Assembly (NCBI GenBank): GCA_032161845.1
Contig: JAVRQA010000526.1
Length of the DNA stretch: 57,655 nucleotides
Strand: one strand, 5' to 3'
Origin: Mycobacterium sp.
GTDB taxonomy: Bacteria > Actinomycetota > Actinomycetes > Mycobacteriales > Mycobacteriaceae
The notes beneath the pieces are model-generated. The model did not search any database, had not been told where the DNA came from, and saw nothing but the letters and a program-made list of their open reading frames with translations. Shown one piece after another: positions 9,620 to 19,529 of this stretch; positions within the stretch are counted from its first letter, which is position 1, and each line of letters opens with the position of its first letter. Position numbers and translations under genes: made by a program.

Positions 9620-10378
9620 ATGGAAAACGACCTGCCGACCCGAGTTCGACCGCCAATCCTGTTCCTGCACGGCGTATTCGGAAAGCCATCGCTTCTGGAA
9701 CCCTGGAGGGGCTTCCTGGAAGCCGAGGGCCACTCCGTGCACGCCCCGACGCTGCCCGGCCGCGAGCCCACCGACGTCGGCGTCCTGGCTCGCACCGGCA
9801 TCGAGGAATGCTTCACCGTCGCGCTCGACGCCTATGACGGCATCGGCGAGGCCGCGATCGTGATGGGCCACAGCATGGGCGGGCTGCTGGCCCAGAAGAT
9901 CGCAGCGGTGCGGAATCCCTTGGCGGCGGTATTACTGGCCTCGGTTCCGCCGGGAGTGTCGTGGCCACGGCTGCGGCCGCTTCCGCATCTGGTCCCGATC
10001 ATGCCGAAAATCATTGCGGGACGGCCATTCCTACCGTCTGCCAGGACGATGCGCGCGGTTCCGCTCAGTACGCTGCCGACCGCCGAGCGAGAGATGCTGA
10101 TCCCGCGACTGGTTCAAGATTCCGGACGGGTGTTCCGCCAAATCTCGATGGGTACCGCGCCGACCAGGGTGAAGGCGAGCTCCGTGACCTGCCCGGTGCT
10201 GTGCGTCAGCGGCGGCTCGGACGAAAACGTCGCGCCGTGGATTTCACGGCGAATCGCCAAGCGCTACGGCGCCGAGCACCAGAACCATCCTGGCAAGCCG
10301 CACTGGATCATCGCCGAGTCGGCGCTGCAGGACGTGGCGCCACCGGTTCTGGACTGGCTGCGGAGAACGGTGGGTTGA
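9620..10378 (+). CDS. Alpha/beta hydrolase (serine esterase/lysophospholipase-like)
   Basis: HG motif, GHSMG nucleophile elbow, candidate Asp in GGSDE and His in KPHW. Confidence 0.85.
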   Translation: MENDLPTRVRPPILFLHGVFGKPSLLEPWRGFLEAEGHSVHAPTLPGREPTDVGVLARTGIEECFTVALDAYDGIGEAAIVMGHSMGGLLAQKIAAVRNPLAAVLLASVPPGVSWPRLRPLPHLVPIMPKIIAGRPFLPSARTMRAVPLSTLPTAEREMLIPRLVQDSGRVFRQISMGTAPTRVKASSVTCPVLCVSGGSDENVAPWISRRIAKRYGAEHQNHPGKPHWIIAESALQDVAPPVLDWLRRTVG

Positions 10379-10381
10379 GCG

Positions 10382-10879
10382 CTACAGCGCGCGCAGGTAG
10401 CGCTTGGTGACCATGCGCTGCGCCAGGGACGTGAACGGACCCGCCAGCTTGCTCCACCACGTGTCGTGGCGCGAGAACGCGCTGACCTCGGCGTGAACCA
10501 CGTCGCCGGTCGGGTCGTATCGAACGGCGAAGAACTCCTCACCGGTTTCGGCGTGTCCGGGCAGGGTGCCATAGGCGAAGCCACGGCGATTGGGTTCGTC
10601 CACCACGTAGACCACCCGACACGGTGCCCGCAGCGGACCGAGTCCCACGATCACCTCCGATCCGACGGCCGCCACCTCCGTCGTCGCATCTACGTGCAAG
10701 CCGGCACCGCGGAGCATGCCCCACCGCATCCCTTCGGCGGCCGCCTCCTCGAATCGGGCCCGCCCGTGGCCGATGACCGCTGAGGCATGCAGGTGGTGAT
10801 AGCCCAGCGGAGGTGGCCCGGCCGTCGCCCCGATCTCGGGGTAGGTGTACGGGAGCCCGGCGAGGTCGTTCAATCTCAC
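10382..10879 (-). CDS. DUF1990 family protein (Rv2616-like)
   Basis: TYPEIGAT, APCRVVYV, GFAYGTLPGHAE.GEE.F motifs; GTG start at 10879 inside the longer listed ORF. Confidence 0.85.
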   Translation of the reverse strand: MRLNDLAGLPYTYPEIGATAGPPPLGYHHLHASAVIGHGRARFEEAAAEGMRWGMLRGAGLHVDATTEVAAVGSEVIVGLGPLRAPCRVVYVVDEPNRRGFAYGTLPGHAETGEEFFAVRYDPTGDVVHAEVSAFSRHDTWWSKLAGPFTSLAQRMVTKRYLRAL

Positions 10880-10915
10880 CCGCTCACCATGCCACCGTCG
10901 GCGTAGGTTCGAAAC

Positions 10916-11779
10916 GTGACCACGCAACCTGTTGCTCAAGCCTCTGGAACGTTCGCCATCGGCGGCGACCTCACCGTCACCCGGCTCGGATTCGGGACCA
11001 TGCGCTTGACGGGCAACGGCATCTGGGGCCCGCCCGACGACCGAGCCGAGGCCGTTCGCGTCCTGCGCCGTGCCGTCGAACTCGGCATCGACTTCTTCGA
11101 CACCGCGAATTCCTACGGGCCGTACGTGGCCGAGGAATTGATCCGCGAAGCGCTGCACCCGTATCGGGACAGCCTCGTCATCGCGACCAAGGCCGGACTC
11201 CTGCGAACGGGGGAGGACCAGTGGACACCGCTCGGCTTCCCGGCATACCTGCGGCAGGAGGTCGAGATGAGCCTGCGAAGGCTTGGCACCGACCGCATCG
11301 ACCTCTTCCAGTTGCACCGCATCGACTCGAAGTTTCCGGCCGAGGACCAGATCGGCGAGCTCGCCGCGCTGCAGAAGGAAGGCAAGATCCGCCACATCGG
11401 GCTTTCCGAGATCACCGTCGAACAGCTCACCGCCGCGCAGAAGGTCGCCTCGATCGTGTCCGTTCAGAACCGGTACAACATGGCCGAGCGCACGGCAGAA
11501 CCGCTACTCGAGGCCTGCGAACAGCAGGGCATCGCGTTCATCCCGTGGGCGCCACTTGGCTCGGGGCCGTTGGTCGCCGATGGCGGTCCGCTGCAGCGCA
11601 TCGCCTCCGAGCACCGCATCAAGCCCTCGCAGCTGGCAGTGGCCTGGCTGCTCAAGCGGTCACCGGTGATGGTGCCGATCCCCGGTACGTCCCGCGTCGC
11701 GCATCTCGACGAGAACGTCTCCGCCGCCGAAGTCACGCTCTCCGATGCGGAGTTCGAGGCGTTGACCTCCGGGGGCTGA
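10916..11779 (+). CDS. Aldo/keto reductase
   Basis: LGFGTM, FDTANSYG, IATK, DLFQLH, GKIRHIGLS, PIPGT; TAGGTT -10 at 10904-10909 suggests a leaderless GTG. Confidence 0.92.
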   Translation: MTTQPVAQASGTFAIGGDLTVTRLGFGTMRLTGNGIWGPPDDRAEAVRVLRRAVELGIDFFDTANSYGPYVAEELIREALHPYRDSLVIATKAGLLRTGEDQWTPLGFPAYLRQEVEMSLRRLGTDRIDLFQLHRIDSKFPAEDQIGELAALQKEGKIRHIGLSEITVEQLTAAQKVASIVSVQNRYNMAERTAEPLLEACEQQGIAFIPWAPLGSGPLVADGGPLQRIASEHRIKPSQLAVAWLLKRSPVMVPIPGTSRVAHLDENVSAAEVTLSDAEFEALTSGG

Positions 11780-11826
11780 CGGGTGCGGGCAGAGCCGCCC
11801 GACCGCCCACGCAATACGGTGAGCTG

Positions 11827-12453
11827 GTGGCCACCGATCCCGTAGAACCGCTGACCGGCGGCGGATTCAACCCGCCGGTGCCGACGACCAACGGCGGGCC
11901 CGACTACGGGCGGTTCGTCGAAGCCGTCCGAACCCTGCAGGACCTGACCCGCGGCGCCGACGCCCCCGATGACGTCGTGACCCAAGCGGCGGACCTCATC
12001 GAAGACGTGAATCGCCTGCTGGCACCCCATGACGCCGACGAATGGCACTCGCCGTCGGGTCGACGGATGGACCTTCCCAACAGAGGCAACATCATGCAGG
12101 TTCCCGTGAACCTGGCGGTCACCGCAGAGGGCAGGGTCGGCGGGACTGCACGCTTCCGCCGATTCCACCTCGGCCGCAACGGCGCGGTCCACGGCGGCGC
12201 GTTGGCGCTGCTGTTCGACTCGCTGCTGGGCTTCACCGCCTTCAAGCTCGGCAGGAGTCCTCGGCAGCGAACCGCCTTTTTGCACGTCAACTACCGCAAG
12301 ATCGCCCTAGTGGAGAAGGAGCTGCAAGTGGATGCGGGAATCGACCGGATCGAGGGGCGCAAGATCTTCGTCACGGGTCGCCTCTTGGATGGTGAAGACG
12401 TGCTGTGCGAGGCGGAGGCCCTGTTCCTGAAATTGCTGCCGGGGCAGCCGTGA
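11827..12453 (+). CDS. PaaI/hotdog-fold thioesterase
   Basis: GAVHGGALALLFD, TAFLHVNYRK; TACGGT -10 at 11815-11820 just before GTG 11827. Confidence 0.85.
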   Translation: MATDPVEPLTGGGFNPPVPTTNGGPDYGRFVEAVRTLQDLTRGADAPDDVVTQAADLIEDVNRLLAPHDADEWHSPSGRRMDLPNRGNIMQVPVNLAVTAEGRVGGTARFRRFHLGRNGAVHGGALALLFDSLLGFTAFKLGRSPRQRTAFLHVNYRKIALVEKELQVDAGIDRIEGRKIFVTGRLLDGEDVLCEAEALFLKLLPGQP

Positions 12454-12872
12454 GCAAGCTGGGCGTCGCGAAGCGGCGCTGGGCACGGTGGCGGGACCGA
12501 CTTCGCGAGCGGCCGACATATGACCTCGCGTACCGCCTGGTGGTCGGAGTCGTCGGCCTGGTGGTGCTGGGTCTCGGAATCCTCGCGATTCCGTACCCGG
12601 GGCCTGGTTGGGCGATCGTCTTCGTCGGCCTCGCGATTCTGGCGACGGAGTTCGAGTGGGCGCACCGGCTGCTCAAGTACACCAGGGAGCGCTACGACCG
12701 GTTGATGGACTGGTTCAAGCGCCAAGGCCTGTGGGTGAAGATCCTCGGTTTCGCCCTTACCGCGGCGGTCGTGGCCGGGACGCTGTGGCTGTTTGGAGCG
12801 CTCAGCTTCGCCGCAGGCTTGGTCGGCGTCGAGGAACCTTGGTTGAACAGCCCCATCGGCCTGGGGTCATGA
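12450..12872 (+). CDS. TIGR02611/PGPGW-motif membrane protein
   Basis: IPYPGPGWAIVFVGLAILATEFEWA signature; GTGA overlap. Confidence 0.85.
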   Translation: MSKLGVAKRRWARWRDRLRERPTYDLAYRLVVGVVGLVVLGLGILAIPYPGPGWAIVFVGLAILATEFEWAHRLLKYTRERYDRLMDWFKRQGLWVKILGFALTAAVVAGTLWLFGALSFAAGLVGVEEPWLNSPIGLGS

Positions 12873-12958
12873 CCGCCCACCCCGATACCATGGTCGCGTT
12901 CAACTCACCCACCCCCCGGATCGTTCGCCCACCCACCCCCCGATGAGGAGATCCACCG

Positions 12959-15001
12959 ATGACCGCCGTCGCCAGCATTGCCCCGGTAGCCCCGATCCGG
13001 GTCGCTGCCGGGACCACGGCGGGCGCGGCGGTTCGTGACGCCGGGCTCCCCAGCCGCGGAGCGCCCGACGCGATCGTCGTCGTGCGCGACGCCGACGGTC
13101 GCCTCAGGGACCTGTCGTGGACGCCCGCCGCCGACGTCGAGGTGACGCCCATCGCCGCCGACACCGAAGACGGCCGCAGCGTGATCCGCCACTCGGCGGC
13201 ACACGTGCTCGCCCAGGCGGTGCAGGGCTTGTTCCCCGAGGCGAAGCTGGGCATCGGCCCACCCATCACCGACGGCTTCTACTACGACTTCGACGTGCCA
13301 CGCGCCTTCACCCCAGAGGACCTGGCCGCGCTGGAGAAGCGCATGCGCCAGATCGTCAAGGACGGCCAGTTGTTCGACCGCCGCGTCTACGAGTCGAAGG
13401 ACCAGGCGCGCGAAGACCTCGCCGACGAGCCGTACAAGCTGGAACTCGTCGACGACAAGTCCGGCGACCCGGACGTGATGGAGGTCGGCGGTGACGAGCT
13501 GACGGCCTACGACAACCTGAATCCGCGCACCCGCGAACGGATTTGGGGCGACCTGTGCCGGGGTCCGCACATTCCGACCACAAGGTACATCCCCGCGTTC
13601 AAGCTGACCCGCAGTTCGGCCGCCTACTGGCGTGGCAACCAGGCCAACGCCAGCCTGCAGCGCATCTACGGCACCGCATGGGAATCGCAGGAGGCGCTCG
13701 ACGCGCATCTCGAGCTGATCGAGCAGGCGCAGCTCCGCGACCACCGCAAGCTCGGCGTCGAACTGGACCTCTTCAGCTTTCCCGACGAGCTCGGCTCCGG
13801 ACTGCCCGTCTTCCACCCCAAGGGCGGCATCATCCGGCGTGAACTCGAGGACTATTCGCGACGCAAACACGAACAGGCGGGCTACGAGTTCGTCAACACC
13901 CCGCACATCACCAAGGAGAATCTCTACATCACGTCCGGCCACCTCGAGTGGTACGCCGACGGAATGTTCCCGCCGATGCACATCGATGCGGAGTACGACG
14001 ACGACGGCACCCTGCGCAAACCGGGGCAGAACTACTACCTCAAGCCGATGAACTGCCCGATGCACCACCTGATCTACCGGGCGCGTGGGCGGTCATATCG
14101 CGAACTTCCCTTGCGGCTCTTCGAGTTCGGCTCGGTGTACCGCTACGAGAAGTCTGGCGTGGTGCACGGCTTGACCCGGGTGCGCGGCATGACCCAAGAC
14201 GACGCCCACATCTACGCCACCCGCGAGCAGTTGCGCGACGAGCTGACCTCGTTGCTGCGCTTCGTGCTGGAACTGCTGGCCGACTACGGGCTGGACGACT
14301 TCTACCTGGAGCTGTCCACCAGGGATCCTGACAAGTCCGTCGGCTCGGACGAGCTGTGGGAAGAGGCCACCGAAACGCTGCGCGAGGTCGCCGAGGCGTC
14401 GGGGCTGGACCTGGTGCCCGATCCGGGCGGTGCGGCGTTCTACGGCCCGAAGATCTCGGTGCAGGTCAAGGATGCGCTGGGGCGGACCTGGCAGATGTCC
14501 ACGATCCAGTTGGACTTCAACATGCCAGATCGCTTCGAGCTGGAGTACACCGCGGCCGACGGCACCCGCCAGCGACCGGTGTTGATCCATCGCGCCCTGT
14601 TCGGCTCCATCGAGCGGTTCTTCGGTGTTCTCACGGAGCATTACGCGGGTGCGTTCCCAGCCTGGCTGGCGCCGGTACAGGTGGTTGGTATCCCGGTCGC
14701 GGATGCGTTCGTGCCGTATCTGGAAGACGTTGCCGCACAACTGAAGGCGCGGGGCGTCCGGGTCGAGGTCGACGCCAGCGACGACCGGATGGCGAAGAAG
14801 ATCGTCAACCAGACCAACCAGAAGGTGCCGTTCATGCTGCTCGCGGGTGAGCGTGACGTGGAAGCCGGTGCGGTGAGCTTCCGGTTCGGTGACCGCACCC
14901 AGATCAATGGTGTGCCGCGCGACGTCGCCGTCGACGTCATCGCGGACTGGATCGCCCGACGCGAGAATGCCGCTCCCACAGCCGAACTGGTCACGGTGTG
15001 A
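12959..15001 (+). CDS. thrS: Threonine--tRNA ligase
   Basis: [49 protein letters not shown]; SD GAGGAG. Confidence 0.98.
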   Translation: MTAVASIAPVAPIRVAAGTTAGAAVRDAGLPSRGAPDAIVVVRDADGRLRDLSWTPAADVEVTPIAADTEDGRSVIRHSAAHVLAQAVQGLFPEAKLGIGPPITDGFYYDFDVPRAFTPEDLAALEKRMRQIVKDGQLFDRRVYESKDQAREDLADEPYKLELVDDKSGDPDVMEVGGDELTAYDNLNPRTRERIWGDLCRGPHIPTTRYIPAFKLTRSSAAYWRGNQANASLQRIYGTAWESQEALDAHLELIEQAQLRDHRKLGVELDLFSFPDELGSGLPVFHPKGGIIRRELEDYSRRKHEQAGYEFVNTPHITKENLYITSGHLEWYADGMFPPMHIDAEYDDDGTLRKPGQNYYLKPMNCPMHHLIYRARGRSYRELPLRLFEFGSVYRYEKSGVVHGLTRVRGMTQDDAHIYATREQLRDELTSLLRFVLELLADYGLDDFYLELSTRDPDKSVGSDELWEEATETLREVAEASGLDLVPDPGGAAFYGPKISVQVKDALGRTWQMSTIQLDFNMPDRFELEYTAADGTRQRPVLIHRALFGSIERFFGVLTEHYAGAFPAWLAPVQVVGIPVADAFVPYLEDVAAQLKARGVRVEVDASDDRMAKKIVNQTNQKVPFMLLAGERDVEAGAVSFRFGDRTQINGVPRDVAVDVIADWIARRENAAPTAELVTV

Positions 15002-15558
15002 CAGTGGATCCCGAGCGCACCATCACCGACCGTGGCGTCGGCGATCCCGATCATCTGCAGCGGCTGTGGACGCCGCACCGGATGAACTACATCGCCGAGG
15101 CCAAGGTGCCCGACGGCGGATCCGCAACGTCGTCGGAACCGTTCAGCGACATTCCGACGATGTCGGACGAGGACGGTCTGGTGGTCGCGCGTGGCGAACT
15201 CGTCTATGCCGTGCTGAACCTATACCCCTACAACCCCGGACACCTGATGGTGGTCCCGTACCGCAGGGTCTCGGAGCTCGAAGATCTCACCGAAGCCGAG
15301 AGCGCCGAACTGATGGCCTTCGCGCAGAAGGCGATTCGCGTGATGAAGGCCATCTCCCGGCCGCACGGCTTCAACGTCGGGCTCAATCTCGGGCACTCCG
15401 CTGGAGGCAGCCTGGCCGAGCACCTGCATCTGCACGTCGTGCCGCGATGGGGTGGCGACGCCAACTTCATCACCATCATCGGCGACTCGAAGATCATCCC
15501 CCAGCTGCTGCGTGACACCCGCCGGCTGCTGGCAACCGAGTGGGCGGCGCAGAAGTGA
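14998..15558 (+). CDS. HIT-family Ap4A phosphorylase (Rv2613c-like)
   Basis: [20 protein letters not shown] histidine triad; follows thrS with GTGA overlap. Confidence 0.92.
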   Translation: MTVDPERTITDRGVGDPDHLQRLWTPHRMNYIAEAKVPDGGSATSSEPFSDIPTMSDEDGLVVARGELVYAVLNLYPYNPGHLMVVPYRRVSELEDLTEAESAELMAFAQKAIRVMKAISRPHGFNVGLNLGHSAGGSLAEHLHLHVVPRWGGDANFITIIGDSKIIPQLLRDTRRLLATEWAAQK

Positions 15559-16235
15559 GCGACTTCTACCTGCTGACCAGGGCGGCGTACGCCAAGCTGA
15601 GCCGTCCGGTGGCGAAGGCGTCGCTGCGCATGGGACTGACCCCCGACAGCATCACCATCATCGGGACCGCGGGAACGGTCATCGCAGCGCTCACGCTGTT
15701 CCCGATCGGACAACTCTGGTGGGGTGCCTTCGCCGTCTTCGTCTTCGTCCTCGCAGACATGCTCGACGGGGCGATGGCCCGCGAACGAGGTTTCAGCACC
15801 CCGTTCGGTGGCGTGCTCGACGCTACGTGCGACCGCATCGGTGACGGCGCGATCTTCTGCGGCCTGCTGTGGTGGGCCACCTTCGGGATACACAGCGCCT
15901 CGCTGACGGTGGCGACCATGATCTCGCTGGTCACCTCGCAGGTCATCTCCTACGTCAAGGCCAGAGCCGAGGCCAACGGCCTCAAGGGCGATGGAGGGTT
16001 CATCGAACGGCCGGAACGGCTGATCATCGTCCTGCTCGGCGCGGGCCTCTCCGGGGTGTCGTTCCTGCACGTGCCGTGGCTGTTGGCCGTCGCGATGTGG
16101 GTGCTCGCAGTGACCAGCCTCATCACGCTCGGGCAGCGGCTGCACTCGGTCCGAACGTCGCCGGGCGCCGCCGCACCGATCGACACCAAGCCACAACCGC
16201 CCAACGATTCCGAAGAGCAAGCGAGCGAGCCGTGA
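15555..16235 (+). CDS. pgsA: Phosphatidylinositol phosphate synthase (CDP-alcohol phosphatidyltransferase)
   Basis: DMLDGAMAR..GGVLDATCDR motif, SYVKARAE; first gene of the PIM biosynthesis cluster. Confidence 0.95.
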   Translation: MSDFYLLTRAAYAKLSRPVAKASLRMGLTPDSITIIGTAGTVIAALTLFPIGQLWWGAFAVFVFVLADMLDGAMARERGFSTPFGGVLDATCDRIGDGAIFCGLLWWATFGIHSASLTVATMISLVTSQVISYVKARAEANGLKGDGGFIERPERLIIVLLGAGLSGVSFLHVPWLLAVAMWVLAVTSLITLGQRLHSVRTSPGAAAPIDTKPQPPNDSEEQASEP

Positions 16236-17185
16236 GCACGCCGACAGCGGGTCTGCCGAAGTTGGGAGGGTTTCGAGTTCCCCTCGGTGGCCAGCTGTCC
16301 GACCTCGGCTACGCCGCGGGGTGGCGGGTGGTGCGCGCGATGCCGGAGTTCGCCGCCCGCAACGCCTTCGAGGCCGGCGCGCTGTACGCGTCGCGCGGCG
16401 GTGGCCCGGAGCAGCTGCGCAAGAATCTCGCGCGGGTGCTCGGCGTCGCCCCTGCCAAGGTGCCTGGCAGCATGATTCGTGCTTCGCTGGGCTCCTACGC
16501 ACGCTATTGGCGGGAGGCATTCCGGTTGCCGTCGATGGATCACCAGGTGCTGGCCCGTCAGCTCGACGAGGCGTCCATCGGAGGCGAACACGTGGCGGCG
16601 GCGCTCGAAGCGGGCCGCGGCGCGATCCTGTCATTGCCGCACAGCGGCAACTGGGACTTGTCAGGGGTGTGGCTCACCAACACCTACGGTCGGTTCGCCA
16701 CGGTGGCCGAACGTCTCAAGCCGGAGTCGTTGTACAAACGGTTCCTCGACTATCGCGAGAGCCTGGGCTTCGAGGTGCTACCCCTGACCGGTGGTCCCCG
16801 GCCGCCCTTCGAGATCCTTGCCGAGCGGCTTCGCGGAAATGGCCTGGTCTGTCTGATGTCCGACCGCGACCTGACCAAGTCGGGGGTCAAGGTGAACCTC
16901 TTCGGCGAGCCGACGATGCTGCCTGCAGGCCCGGCCAAGTTGGCGTTGTCGACGGGCTGTGCGCTGCTGCCGATCCACTCGTACTACGAGCCCGATGTCG
17001 CGGTGACCGCGGTGGGAGCACCGTTGGACCTCTCGTCGGGTGACGTCAACGTGATCACCCAGGCGTTGGCCGACCAGTTCGAGATCAACATCGCCGCCCA
17101 TCCCGCCGACTGGCACATGCTGCAGCCGCAGTGGATCGCCGACCTTTCGGAGGCCCGCCGAGCCAAGATCACCGGCGGCGGGTAG
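16232..17185 (+). CDS. patA: Phosphatidylinositol mannoside acyltransferase
   Basis: PHSGNWD (Hx4D) motif, YARYWREAFRL, WHMLQPQW; between pgsA and pimA. Confidence 0.93.
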   Translation: MSTPTAGLPKLGGFRVPLGGQLSDLGYAAGWRVVRAMPEFAARNAFEAGALYASRGGGPEQLRKNLARVLGVAPAKVPGSMIRASLGSYARYWREAFRLPSMDHQVLARQLDEASIGGEHVAAALEAGRGAILSLPHSGNWDLSGVWLTNTYGRFATVAERLKPESLYKRFLDYRESLGFEVLPLTGGPRPPFEILAERLRGNGLVCLMSDRDLTKSGVKVNLFGEPTMLPAGPAKLALSTGCALLPIHSYYEPDVAVTAVGAPLDLSSGDVNVITQALADQFEINIAAHPADWHMLQPQWIADLSEARRAKITGGG

Positions 17186-17190
17186 CCAAC

Positions 17191-18426
17191 GTGCGGATCG
17201 GGATGGTGTGCCCCTACTCGTTCGACGTACCTGGCGGCGTGCAGGCGCACGTTCTGCAGCTCGCCGAGGTGATGCGCGGCTACGGTCATCAGGTCAGCGT
17301 CCTGGCACCCTCGTCTCCCGAGGCCCAACTGCCCGATTACGTGGTATCCGGCGGCAAGGCGGTGCCCATTCCCTACAACGGCTCCGTCGCGCGGCTGCGG
17401 TTCGGCCCCGCCACCCATCGCAAGGTCAAGAAGTGGTTGCTCGAAGGTGAATTCGACGTGCTGCACATCCACGAGCCGAACGCGCCGAGCCTGTCGATGC
17501 TGGCGCTGATGATCGCGGAGGGGCCGATCGTCGCGACGTTCCACACGTCCACCACGAAGTCGTTGACGCTCAGCGTCTTTCAGGGCATTCTGCGGCCCTG
17601 GCATGAGAAGATCGTCGGCCGGATCGCGGTGTCCGACCTCGCAAGGCGGTGGCAGATGGAGGCCCTCGGGTCCGATGCCGTCGAGATCCCCAACGGCCTC
17701 GACGTCGACTCGTTCGCGTCGGCGCCCACGTTCGACGGTTACCCTCGGCCCGGCCGGACGGTGTTGTTCCTCGGTCGATTCGACGAACCCCGCAAGGGCA
17801 TGGCCGTGCTCCTCGGTGCGCTGCCCGCCCTCGTCGACGCGTTCCCCGACGTCGAGATCCTGGTCGTCGGGCGAGGTGACGAGGAGGAGCTGGCGTCCGA
17901 AGCCGGCGAACTGGCCGGCCACCTTCGGTTCCTCGGCCTGGTCGACGACGCCGACAAGGCATCGGCGATGGCGAGTGCCGACGTGTACTGCGCCCCCAAC
18001 ACGGGAGGGGAGAGTTTCGGCATCGTCCTCGTGGAGGCCATGGCGGCGGGGACGGCCGCGGTGGCGAGTGACCTCGATGCCTTCCGGCGGGTTCTCGAAG
18101 ACGGCACCGCGGGTCGGCTGGTGCCGGTCGACGACTCCGACGCGCTGGCCGCAGCCCTCATCGAGGTGCTCGCCGACGACGTCGCCCGCCAGCGTTACGT
18201 CGACGCCGCGGCCACCGCGGTGCGTAGATACGACTGGTCGGTGGTGGCGCGAGACATCCTCCGCGTCTACGAGACGGTCGCGGGCGCGGGCGCCAAGGTT
18301 CGGGTCGCAGGCACGGCGGGCACCCGGGAGTCCGCCGGAACCCGAAAGCCAGCGGTCAAGGCCAAGAAGGCGGCCCGCGCGAGCAAGAAGACCGACGACA
18401 GACAAGCGGCAGGGGAGATGGCGTGA
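17191..18426 (+). CDS. pimA: Phosphatidyl-myo-inositol mannosyltransferase (GT4)
   Basis: RIGMVCPYSFDVPGGVQ, EPRKG, GGESFGIVLVEAMA. Confidence 0.96.
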   Translation: MRIGMVCPYSFDVPGGVQAHVLQLAEVMRGYGHQVSVLAPSSPEAQLPDYVVSGGKAVPIPYNGSVARLRFGPATHRKVKKWLLEGEFDVLHIHEPNAPSLSMLALMIAEGPIVATFHTSTTKSLTLSVFQGILRPWHEKIVGRIAVSDLARRWQMEALGSDAVEIPNGLDVDSFASAPTFDGYPRPGRTVLFLGRFDEPRKGMAVLLGALPALVDAFPDVEILVVGRGDEEELASEAGELAGHLRFLGLVDDADKASAMASADVYCAPNTGGESFGIVLVEAMAAGTAAVASDLDAFRRVLEDGTAGRLVPVDDSDALAAALIEVLADDVARQRYVDAAATAVRRYDWSVVARDILRVYETVAGAGAKVRVAGTAGTRESAGTRKPAVKAKKAARASKKTDDRQAAGEMA

Positions 18427-19451
18427 TCACCTGGGTCGTCGTCGTCGCGCTGGCCCTTCTGGCGGTGGCCCTGTTCGTCGGCGGCATCTGGGCGTTCCAG
18501 ACGGCCCATCGACTGGACCGCCTGCACGTCCGGTACGACCTCTCGTGGCAGGCCCTCGACGGGATCCTGGCCCGCCGCGCGGTCGTCGCCCGCGCCGTCG
18601 CCACCGACGCCTATGGCAACGGCGCTGCGGGCAGGCAGCTGGCTGCGCTGGCCGATGCCGCCGAGCGCGCGCCACGCACTTCGCGCGAGGCAGCCGAGAA
18701 CGAGTTGTCCACGGCGCTCGCTGGGGTCGATCCCGCGTCGCTGCCGGTGGCATTGGTGGCCGAGATGGCTGACGCAGAGGCACGTGTGCTGCTGGGACGG
18801 CGCTTCCACAACGACGCCGTGCGCGACACCCTCGCGCTGCGCGAACGACCCTTGGTGCGATGGTTGCACCTCGGCGGAACTGCCGTCATGCCAAGCTATT
18901 TCGAGATTGCCGAGCGGGCAGCGCAACGCTCCGTCGGCCCGCAGCTGTACAAACGCACGTCGGCCCGCGTCGTCCTGCTCGACGAGCTGGGATTCGTGCT
19001 GCTGTTCTGCGGCTCCGATCCGGCGAGCGACACCGCGCCGCGCTGGTGGTTCACCGTGGGTGGCGCGGTCGAGCCGGGCGAGGCCCTTCCCGATGCGGCA
19101 GTTCGCGAACTCGCGGAGGAGACGGGTCTGCGCGTCAGTCCGGCCGACCTGGTGGGGCCGGTGTGGAAGCGCGAGGCCGTCTTCGACTTCAACGGCTCGG
19201 TGATCCGCAGCGAGGAGATGTTCTTCGTCTACCGGACCGCGCGGTTCGAACCGTCGACGGCGGGCTTCACCCCGCTGGAGAACCGCACCATCCACGGGCA
19301 CCGGTGGTGCGACGGCGCGACGATCGCGGCGCTGGTGGATGGCGGCGAGACGGTGTACCCACTGCAACTCGGCGAACTGCTCGACGAGGCCAACGCGCTG
19401 GTCGCCTCTGGATCAGCAGGGCCGGCACGGGAGCTGCAGTCGATCAGATAG
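18423..19451 (+). CDS. Membrane-anchored LemA-like/NUDIX hydrolase fusion (Rv2609c-like)
   Basis: N-terminal TM helix, helical domain ending RRFHNDAVRD, Nudix box GGAVEPGE..AAVRELAEETG. Confidence 0.88.
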   Translation: MITWVVVVALALLAVALFVGGIWAFQTAHRLDRLHVRYDLSWQALDGILARRAVVARAVATDAYGNGAAGRQLAALADAAERAPRTSREAAENELSTALAGVDPASLPVALVAEMADAEARVLLGRRFHNDAVRDTLALRERPLVRWLHLGGTAVMPSYFEIAERAAQRSVGPQLYKRTSARVVLLDELGFVLLFCGSDPASDTAPRWWFTVGGAVEPGEALPDAAVRELAEETGLRVSPADLVGPVWKREAVFDFNGSVIRSEEMFFVYRTARFEPSTAGFTPLENRTIHGHRWCDGATIAALVDGGETVYPLQLGELLDEANALVASGSAGPARELQSIR

Positions 19452-19529
19452 CCCGTTGGACGAGCTGCGGATCGAATCGATTTGGCCCGGCCACTAGACT
19501 GTTTCAGTACTGATTTGGAGGAGATAGCC

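Noticed and set aside
10813-11826. Apparent 546-aa ORF fusing an Arg-rich region to the thioesterase
   Set aside because: The upstream part is an alternative frame of the AKR gene; the thioesterase has its own -10 and GTG at 11827
12873-12958. Possible T-box riboswitch before thrS
   Set aside because: Gap is under 90 nt and lacks the UGGNACC T-box bulge and stem I
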